Of a stretch of DNA of 24,000 nucleotides, positions 18,113 through 24,000 are shown piece after piece (positions within the stretch are counted from its first letter, which is position 1; each line of letters begins with the position of its first letter). The translations under genes and the position numbers were made by a program. The notes below the pieces were generated by a model. It was not told where the DNA came from and ran no database searches. It saw only the letters and a list, made by a program, of their open reading frames with translations. This DNA comes from Cronobacter phage JK004, in sequence record MZ188976.1; one strand, 5' to 3'.

Positions 18113-20073
18113 GCATTTGCCCCCTGTTTCTGAATGGCTACCAGCAGATCAGCCAGATGACGCGCAGCAGCGTTCACCAGCTCCTCGTTTTCGTCAAAGC
18201 GGCCTGCGGCCTGAAGCGCAGCGATTGCCTCGCGAACGCTACTACGCGCGTTACGAATTTCCAGCATATCGCTGCTCTGCATGCTGCTAATGCCATTCAA
18301 ATAGTCGATCGCTTGATTGGCGGCTTTGTCCGCTTCGCTAATCTCTGGTTCCGGTGTCGGCTCCGGTGCTGGTGCTGGTGCTGGTGCCGGCGCATTATCA
18401 GCAACCTCCTGCTCAAGCGCGGCAATCATGCTCTGCACCAGTTTTTCGGTGCCTTCTCCCTGCGGGTAAGCGATGCTGGGGAAGGTTTTCTGGAAATTCA
18501 TCTTCAGCGTCGCTCGGAAGTCTTTAGGCGCGCTGGTGGCCATCTCCAAGTATTGCTGCGCATATTTGCTGAACGGGCCGCTGGCCAGCGTTTTAGCGAG
18601 GAAGTCAAAGGACTGTTCACCCGGTAACAATTTCAGATCAAAGTTGCGCATCTGCTCATCAGAAAGCGGTTCATCGTATGTAATGATGCCGTGGCGGGCA
18701 TAAGCATAATACGGATCATCAGCGTCAGGACGCGGCAGGATACCGGCATTGTCCGGCGGCACTGCTCCGACGCCAGCAGGGCGCATTTGGAGCGCGTAAC
18801 GATACTTACCGCCTTCAGGTGCAGGCGTCGGCTCAGGGACTGGTTCAGGCTCCGGAACGGGTTCAGGGGTCGGTTCTGGCGTGGGCACAGGTTCTGGAGC
18901 CGGTACGGGGGTGGACTCTGGCTCATTGGGTAAAAGGTATTGCTCGGCCTTGCCCGCCTTGTAGGCCTTAAACAGTTTGCCGATCGCCGCCTCAAGGTGT
19001 ACGCCTTGAATAGACTCAGCCTGTATCTGGTAGCGGTTGCCGTCCGGATCCGTGAGCTGGATATAACCCTCGCCGTCAACAATGCCCTGCCGCATCTCTG
19101 CGCCATTGCTCAGTTTTACACGGCCATCCATGTGCATGCGATTTTTGATATTGGCGAGACGGTCCGTTAGCGCGCGCGCATGGCCACCCGTCACCGCGAT
19201 GGGAGTAGCATCACCCCGCCCGCCAGTACGGTTAAGCTCGTCAATCTCTGCCTGAAGCCGCTCATTTTCTTCAATAAGCTGGTCCGCCTGCGCGGAGATG
19301 ACGCTTACCTGCTGTTCCAGGTCCGCGCTCTGGCTTTGAACAGTTGTTGCCTGCTCAGCAAGCTCGCTCAGTGCATCCTCTTTCTGATCACTATCGGCCT
19401 GAAGCTGGCTGATCTCGTCAACGAGAGCCTTTTTCTTTTTCTGCGCACGTTGGAATTTGGCAGTATTTTTCTCCGCCAGGTTGGCCAGCTTCATAGTGAC
19501 CTGCGCCAGCGTCATATCACGTCCGCTCATCGGCGCTACGGTATGGGTAACGTCTTTTTTGTTTAACAGAAACTGGAAGGCTACCAACGTGTCGGTATTG
19601 GTGATCTTCTTATCCGCCGTTGGGCTGTGAAACAGGACGCTGATTGTCTGACCGTCGCTCAGTGGGATAAGGGCCGGGAGGACCGGCAGGCCATTCACAT
19701 TACGAGCCCGGCCAACTTCAGCACCGCCAATTTCCCGCGTGCCGCTCTGTGGGACGTCGCCGGTTTTATCGCTTCCGGCGGTGATGCTGGTGCCTTTCAG
19801 CTTCTGGTTCAGCGTGCGGATAAACGCGCGCATAGTGCGGCTCAGTTGCAACCGTGTAGACGTGATTGCTTCCAGCAACTCGCCCGTTTGCCAGTGGATC
19901 GGTGCATCATAGAAAAAAGTGGCTTCCAGCTCTTCCATGGAGTTCGCCTCAGTCATCAGAAAGCGGCTTTCACCTTCCATCAGTGCGCGATACTCGTCAT
20001 CAGTAATTGGCAGCGGGAGAACATCTAAACCCGGCTTGATGGTCACTGCCTTGTGAATATTAAAAACGTCCAT
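18109..20073 (-). CDS. darA: DarA-like defence-against-restriction protein, 654 aa
   Basis: Size, position, coiled coil and Pro/Glu-rich linkers; synteny with P1 darA. Confidence 0.85.
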   Translation of the reverse strand: MDVFNIHKAVTIKPGLDVLPLPITDDEYRALMEGESRFLMTEANSMEELEATFFYDAPIHWQTGELLEAITSTRLQLSRTMRAFIRTLNQKLKGTSITAGSDKTGDVPQSGTREIGGAEVGRARNVNGLPVLPALIPLSDGQTISVLFHSPTADKKITNTDTLVAFQFLLNKKDVTHTVAPMSGRDMTLAQVTMKLANLAEKNTAKFQRAQKKKKALVDEISQLQADSDQKEDALSELAEQATTVQSQSADLEQQVSVISAQADQLIEENERLQAEIDELNRTGGRGDATPIAVTGGHARALTDRLANIKNRMHMDGRVKLSNGAEMRQGIVDGEGYIQLTDPDGNRYQIQAESIQGVHLEAAIGKLFKAYKAGKAEQYLLPNEPESTPVPAPEPVPTPEPTPEPVPEPEPVPEPTPAPEGGKYRYALQMRPAGVGAVPPDNAGILPRPDADDPYYAYARHGIITYDEPLSDEQMRNFDLKLLPGEQSFDFLAKTLASGPFSKYAQQYLEMATSAPKDFRATLKMNFQKTFPSIAYPQGEGTEKLVQSMIAALEQEVADNAPAPAPAPAPEPTPEPEISEADKAANQAIDYLNGISSMQSSDMLEIRNARSSVREAIAALQAAGRFDENEELVNAAARHLADLLVAIQKQGANA

Positions 20074-20074
20074 A

Positions 20075-20677
20075 TTATTTCCCTGTCCTCAGCTGTTTAA
20101 GGCGCGTTTTCAGCTCAGTATTTTTGGCTTTCGCGTTGTTCAGCCGCGCCGTTTCTTTATCCATTCGCCCGCGAAGATCGGTTATGACCTGCTGGCTCAC
20201 CGCAACATGGTTTTGAATGGAGCGGTAATTCTGCGTCAGCTGCGCATTACGATCTTTTGCCTCCTGAAGCTGCTGGAAGCTGGATTTTACTGCGGGTTTT
20301 TTATCGACAGGGTTGGCTACGCGCTTGGCTTTTGCGGCCAGCGACTTCCGGAACTTCACCGAATTGTTTTGCACTGCGCGGCCCATGACGGTGCCCAGCG
20401 TTTTAACGTCCGGCGACTGCGCATTTGGGATTACTCGCCCGTTCAGCTTAACGGATGAGATGTCGCCAGTATCGTTAACCTGAATACTAAGCAGCTGGCC
20501 GTCCTGCAAAACGAGCTTTGCTGTTTTTACCTTCACTCCGTCCTTAGTCGTAGCGCGGTTACTGGAATCAACTTCCAGCACCGTAGCACCCGTTTTGTTT
20601 ATCGCGGCGATAAGGCTTTTAAGACCCTTCTCGTTAACTTGGTCAAAATCGACCGTTGCGTATTTATTCCCGGCCAT
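20075..20677 (-). CDS. hdf: Hdf-like protein, 200 aa, with a DarA-N-like segment
   Basis: Adjacent to darA; LVLQDGQLLSIQVNDTGDISSVKLNGRVIP resembles the DarA N-terminal segment. Confidence 0.65.
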   Translation of the reverse strand: MAGNKYATVDFDQVNEKGLKSLIAAINKTGATVLEVDSSNRATTKDGVKVKTAKLVLQDGQLLSIQVNDTGDISSVKLNGRVIPNAQSPDVKTLGTVMGRAVQNNSVKFRKSLAAKAKRVANPVDKKPAVKSSFQQLQEAKDRNAQLTQNYRSIQNHVAVSQQVITDLRGRMDKETARLNNAKAKNTELKTRLKQLRTGK

Positions 20678-21107
20678 TGTTCACGTCCTGTGAAAAAGTA
20701 AGAAGGTAAGAGCGTTGGGCACGCTGCACGATAGGGAAGATGCGATAAAGAGGATTGATAAACGAGTCGCCATGCGTGACAGTAGCCGTCAGGATCCACT
20801 TGCCGCTCTTTTTATCCATGCACGCGGTCGGGATAAACAGCCATTCGCTGTTTTGCCCTTTTTCGGCGTGCGCCAGGTGCCGTGGCTCCCCTTCTATCAC
20901 CGTTGTCGGTTTCCGTGCATCCTGCATCCAATAGCTGACAGTAGCGCCCCGTAAAAACGGGAATTTGCTGGTGTAAGCGATCGGTACGCGGATAAATCCA
21001 TCCAGATATTCGACTTCCCCTAACTCGATGTCAGCCACGTCGCTCCGTTTTAGAAGGCAGCGGTCCGCGACAGCCATGACGACAGCGCCGACAATGAGAC
21101 TGATCAT
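20664..21107 (-). CDS. lydB: LydB-like holin antagonist, 147 aa
   Basis: 147 aa, directly downstream of and overlapping lydA, as in P1. Confidence 0.8.
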   Translation of the reverse strand: MISLIVGAVVMAVADRCLLKRSDVADIELGEVEYLDGFIRVPIAYTSKFPFLRGATVSYWMQDARKPTTVIEGEPRHLAHAEKGQNSEWLFIPTACMDKKSGKWILTATVTHGDSFINPLYRIFPIVQRAQRSYLLTFSQDVNNGRE

Positions 21108-21433
21108 TTACCCCCTCCTTTCTTCAACATATTTACTAATCCATTCAAAAACATATCGACATTGATCCGTTTCATCCCTGAGACAACCTCGTGACCGTTA
21201 TTGCTGGCGATAGTCACCGCAAGATACGTTACCGAGGGATCCCAATTGCTGTGTCGGCCCCACAAATACGCTATTGCTCCAGCTGTAATCGCGACAAAAA
21301 TTTCAGTTACTAACCCCAGAAAATTCCCCGTCTGGCGACCGGCGCGCACATCCATCAGGAAAGTGCCGGTCCCGCTCGTAACAGATAGCAGGAGCGCAAC
21401 AGCGACTTGGGCCACTTCCTGTGTGTAAATCAC
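21104..21433 (-). CDS. lydA: LydA-like holin, 109 aa
   Basis: 109 aa with three hydrophobic segments; size and position match P1 LydA. Confidence 0.85.
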   Translation of the reverse strand: MIYTQEVAQVAVALLLSVTSGTGTFLMDVRAGRQTGNFLGLVTEIFVAITAGAIAYLWGRHSNWDPSVTYLAVTIASNNGHEVVSGMKRINVDMFLNGLVNMLKKGGGK

Positions 21434-21526
21434 ATACTCACCTCGCGCTATGCCTGCTATGGATGTTAGTGAAAGTGCTTTCTGGAAAGGTAAGTGAAAA
21501 TTTTGAGGGTTAAGTTGGAGCGAAAA

Positions 21527-22207
21527 TTAAGACTGCGATTTAGGTCCAGATTCCTCCAGCGCCTGCTCCCAAACCGTCCGTTCATTGTGATATTGTTCAT
21601 CCGCCATATCAGTGAGTGATTCACTAATTCTTTCGTCAGAAAATTTCCAAACCGGGAAATATTTGTAAATTGTTTTAGGGGAAACGTCGTAGATTAACGC
21701 CAGCTGGCTGCGGCTATGGCCTTTCATTATGAGCCTTTCGCCTTGGGCGATGAGGTCAGGGGTCATTTTCGGACGTCGCCCGCCAATCCGGCCTTTAGAC
21801 CTGGCAACTTCCAGCCCCGCGCGTGTACGTTCCACAATCAACTCACGCTCCATCTCCGCAAGCGCGCCCATTACGTGGAAGAAGAACCTGCCCATATGGG
21901 TTGAGGTATCTATCGAATCAGTAAGGCTTCTAAAATGTGCCCCGCGAGCGCGAACATCATCAATAAGCGATATGAGATTTTTCATCGAGCGCCCCAGGCG
22001 ATCCAACTTCCAAACAACAAGCGTATCGCCCTCTTTGAGATGTTTCAGTGCGCGTTTCAAGCCAGGCCTGTGCGCCTTCGTGCCGCTCATTTTATCCTCA
22101 AAAATCAGTTCACAATTTGAGCGTTCAAGTGCTTCACGCTGTAATTGGGTGTTTTGGTCAATTGTTGACACCCTGACATAGCCAATTTTCAAGCGATTTT
22201 CCTCCAT
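21527..22207 (-). CDS. cin: Serine site-specific DNA invertase (Cin/Gin/Hin family), 226 aa
   Basis: IGYVRVSTIDQNTQLQREAL...GDTLVVWKLDRLGRSMKNL...SIDTSTHMGRFFFHVMGALAEMERELIVERT...; C-terminal HTH. SD GGAGG may drive an internal TTG start giving MKIGYVRVST. Confidence 0.97.
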   Translation of the reverse strand: MEENRLKIGYVRVSTIDQNTQLQREALERSNCELIFEDKMSGTKAHRPGLKRALKHLKEGDTLVVWKLDRLGRSMKNLISLIDDVRARGAHFRSLTDSIDTSTHMGRFFFHVMGALAEMERELIVERTRAGLEVARSKGRIGGRRPKMTPDLIAQGERLIMKGHSRSQLALIYDVSPKTIYKYFPVWKFSDERISESLTDMADEQYHNERTVWEQALEESGPKSQS

Positions 22208-22270
22208 CTATAAAATGTCAATAAGCGGTAAGCGGGCGTTATTTTGTCAGATGGATCATGTGGAAGGTAG

Positions 22271-22687
22271 ATTGAAAAGGTTCGTTTGGGGGAAGCAGCA
22301 AAAAGGGAGGTTGGAACGGCAGCAAACCAGCTGCCGGACATGGGAAGTTTTAAAAGCCGCCTTACCATGAATGGCTACATGCTTCTGCCCGGCGGTCTTA
22401 TCATTCAGTGGGGAAGAGTGCCGCTGGATTATTCAATGGAACATGGTTCTTATGCGGTGCCGGGTGGAAGCGTGCATAAATATAAGGGCAGCAGTCTTTT
22501 CCCAATTGCATTCCCTACTTCCCTGATGTGTATCACCTCAACAAGTAATGATGTGCCTAATACATACATATCTTCTGTCTATCCTGCATCCACGAGGGAA
22601 TTTGGTTGGTCCTATCAGTCAACCCAGGCTTATAACCCTGCTGGCTCAGGTTCAAATAGTTTTTGCTGGGTTGCATTCGGCTTTTAA
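22271..22687 (+). CDS. Silent tail-fibre C-terminal cassette 1 (Sv'-like)
   Basis: Open frame IEKVRLGEAAKREVGTAANQLPDMGSFKSRLTMNGYMLLPGGLIIQWGR...FCWVAFGF*; phage tail-fibre C-terminal pattern; no N-terminal part. Confidence 0.85.
   Translation: MEKVRLGEAAKREVGTAANQLPDMGSFKSRLTMNGYMLLPGGLIIQWGRVPLDYSMEHGSYAVPGGSVHKYKGSSLFPIAFPTSLMCITSTSNDVPNTYISSVYPASTREFGWSYQSTQAYNPAGSGSNSFCWVAFGF
22274..22342 (+). repeat. Tail-fibre cassette repeat copy 1 with crossover-like core AAAGG-TT-CGTTT
   Basis: 69 bp, 60/69 identical to copy 2 (22696-22764); encodes KVRLGEAAKREVGTAANQLPDM. Confidence 0.9.
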
Positions 22688-22695
22688 GCTCGGCT

Positions 22696-22764
22696 CAAAA
22701 CGTTCGTTTGGGCGAAGCCGCTAAACGGCAGGTTGGAACGGCAGTAAACCAGCTGCCGGATATG
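22696..22764 (+). repeat. Tail-fibre cassette repeat copy 2 with core AAACG-TT-CGTTT
   Basis: See copy 1; encodes QNVRLGEAAKRQVGTAVNQLPDM. Confidence 0.9.
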
Positions 22765-23070
22765 AGCTTTTTCGCTAACGCTTTTAGCGGGGTGAGTGGT
22801 TATTGCAAACTTCCAAACGGGATAATTATTCAATGTGCTGGGGTAAATGGAATACCGGCAGGTGGCGTACTTGAAGTAATTTATCCGATCTCTTTCCCTA
22901 ACGCGATGATGTTTGCGATTGCGGCTCCTGCTGCTGCCGCCAACGGAACGACACCAATATCCATTGCCATAGATGCGGGCTCTGTAACTGATGCTAAGAA
23001 GTCAATTCTACTTAGGAATTTATCAACAGTTAATAACGGTGGCACTCGTCTTTTAGCGATAGGAAGATAG
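22696..23070 (+). CDS. Silent tail-fibre C-terminal cassette 2
   Basis: QNVRLGEAAKRQVGTAVNQLPDMSFFANAFSGVSGYCKLPNGIIIQCAGV...TRLLAIGR*; different frame from cassette 1. Confidence 0.85.
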   Translation, partial: QNVRLGEAAKRQVGTAVNQLPDMSFFANAFSGVSGYCKLPNGIIIQCAGVNGIPAGGVLEVIYPISFPNAMMFAIAAPAAAANGTTPISIAIDAGSVTDAKKSILLRNLSTVNNGGTRLLAIGR

Positions 23071-23071
23071 T

Positions 23072-23102
23072 TAAAACGTTCGTTTAGGCGAAGCCGCTAA
23101 AC
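23072..23102 (+). repeat. Tail-fibre cassette repeat copy 3, short version, core AAACG-TT-CGTTT
   Basis: TAAAACGTTCGTTTAGGCGAAGCCGCTAAAC, nearly identical to the start of copy 2. Confidence 0.88.
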
Positions 23103-23449
23103 TAGATGCAAATACAGGTACGCTTACCATGCCTGGATGGGCCAGTTTGCCGCTTGTTGGTGGGCGGAAATTTTTAATACAGTGGGGTACGGGCAGGACA
23201 CCTACCGGAAGTCTTTCGTATAACTGTGACATCACATTTCCGATCAGTTTTCCTGTAGCGTGTTTATCTGTTCTATGTGGTTCAGGAGTGCAAACTACTG
23301 ATTTAGATAAAGTTGCAAGATACAGATCACTTAAACAAGAGGTAACTTTTAGCATGGCCAGTCAAAAGAGCGTTCAGGCTCAGCTTTTGTTGTCTGATGA
23401 GTCAATTCAAGATGGCCGCTTTTTCTATTGGATGGCCATCGGATACTGA
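23075..23449 (+). CDS. Silent tail-fibre C-terminal cassette 3
   Basis: NVRLGEAAKLDANTGTLTMPGWASLPLVGGRKFLIQWGTG...FFYWMAIGY*. Confidence 0.85.
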   Translation, partial: NVRLGEAAKLDANTGTLTMPGWASLPLVGGRKFLIQWGTGRTPTGSLSYNCDITFPISFPVACLSVLCGSGVQTTDLDKVARYRSLKQEVTFSMASQKSVQAQLLLSDESIQDGRFFYWMAIGY

Positions 23450-23459
23450 TTCCGTGTCA

Positions 23460-23488
23460 TTGTTCAAGTATGTCTTGCAGCTTATAAT
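23460..23488 (+). promoter_or_regulatory. Sigma70-like promoter upstream of the tail-fibre assembly gene
   Basis: TTGTTC-N17-TATAAT. Confidence 0.55.
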
Positions 23489-23517
23489 ATGACTGTTCGT
23501 TCAAATGGAGAATGGTA

Positions 23518-24000
23518 ATGGAATACTTATACAGCCCTAAGGAAAACGCGTTTTATCCTGCGGCCCTTGAAGATGCTTATCGGGCTGCCGGCACGCTTCC
23601 GGATGATCTTGTACCCGTGGAAACCGACGTTTTTAATGAATTTTCAGCATGCCCTCCCCAAGGGAAAATACGCGCTGTCGGCGATGACGGGTTGCCATGC
23701 TGGGTTGATATTCCTCAAAAAGTAGTAACTGAGGACGAGGTGAAAGCTTTGGCAAGGGGACTGCGCGATAAGTTTCTTGAAGCGACTGATAAACTGCTAG
23801 TGCAGGATTATACAATCGATGATGTCCCGCTGACAGAAGAGCAGAAGTCTGAATTAGCTGAAGTTCGTCTCAATTTTAAGCGCTGGCCTTCGGTTGAAGA
23901 CTGGCCGAATATTGAACTACCCGCGATTCCACGCTGGATTCTCATTGAGGCGGTTAATAACGGTTATATAGTTCCGGACTGGCCGAAAGAATCTGAATAA
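23518..24000 (+). CDS. Tail-fibre assembly protein (U/U'-like chaperone), 160 aa
   Basis: MEYLYSPKENAFYPAALEDAYRAAGTLPDDLV...PAIPRWILIEAVNNGYIVPDWPKESE*; typical tail-fibre assembly family; GGAG 7 nt before ATG 23518. Confidence 0.85.
   Translation: MEYLYSPKENAFYPAALEDAYRAAGTLPDDLVPVETDVFNEFSACPPQGKIRAVGDDGLPCWVDIPQKVVTEDEVKALARGLRDKFLEATDKLLVQDYTIDDVPLTEEQKSELAEVRLNFKRWPSVEDWPNIELPAIPRWILIEAVNNGYIVPDWPKESE

Noticed and set aside
18800-18920. Short GGTTC/GGTTCAGG-type tandem units, considered as a minisatellite or CRISPR-like array
   Set aside because: Explained by the Pro/Glu-rich linker codons of the DarA-like protein; no regular unique spacers.
22208-22273. TTGACA (minus strand, 22221-22216) as the invertase promoter -35
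   Set aside because: No acceptable -10 at 16-18 nt spacing, and it would lie inside the coding region.
22271-23449. Tail-fibre cassettes read as ordinary degraded pseudogenes
   Set aside because: All three remain open to a natural stop, retain adhesin-like C-termini and begin at the same repeat next to an invertase, which fits silent variable cassettes better than decay.

Overview
This window is about 24 kb of a P1-like temperate phage or phage-plasmid. Gene content and order match the P1 block lxc-ulx-darB-prt-pro-...-lydD-lyz-ssb-...-ddrB-ddrA-darA-hdf-lydB-lydA-cin-(Sv'/U'). These assignments come from remembered family and order knowledge; no database search was run. From left to right: (1) A small leftward accessory operon (VRR-NUC-like start, Cys-rich mini-protein, 53-aa ORF, small membrane protein) sits where P1 carries mod/res. 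(2) Lxc- and Ulx-like ORFs come next, then a 2254-aa DarB polyvalent methyltransferase/helicase. (3) The portal (prt) and head-processing (pro) genes follow. (4) A two-gene module encodes a 340-aa HTH/replication-type protein and a FinO/ProQ-family RNA chaperone. (5) Then a dual-start holin candidate, a SAR endolysin (Lyz), and SSB with a C-terminal extension. (6) A leftward operon lydA-lydB-hdf-darA-ddrA-ddrB ends in a very acidic 96-aa protein. (7) The right end carries a serine DNA invertase, three tandem same-orientation tail-fibre C-terminal cassettes that each begin with a crossover-like repeat, and a tail-fibre assembly gene. Five C1-repressor-operator-like sites (consensus ATTGCTCTAATAAATTT, recalled from P1) were found by eye. 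The most interesting systems are the rep-like/FinO-ProQ module with a minus-strand hairpin plus poly-U just before it, and the nested three-cassette tail-fibre switch.
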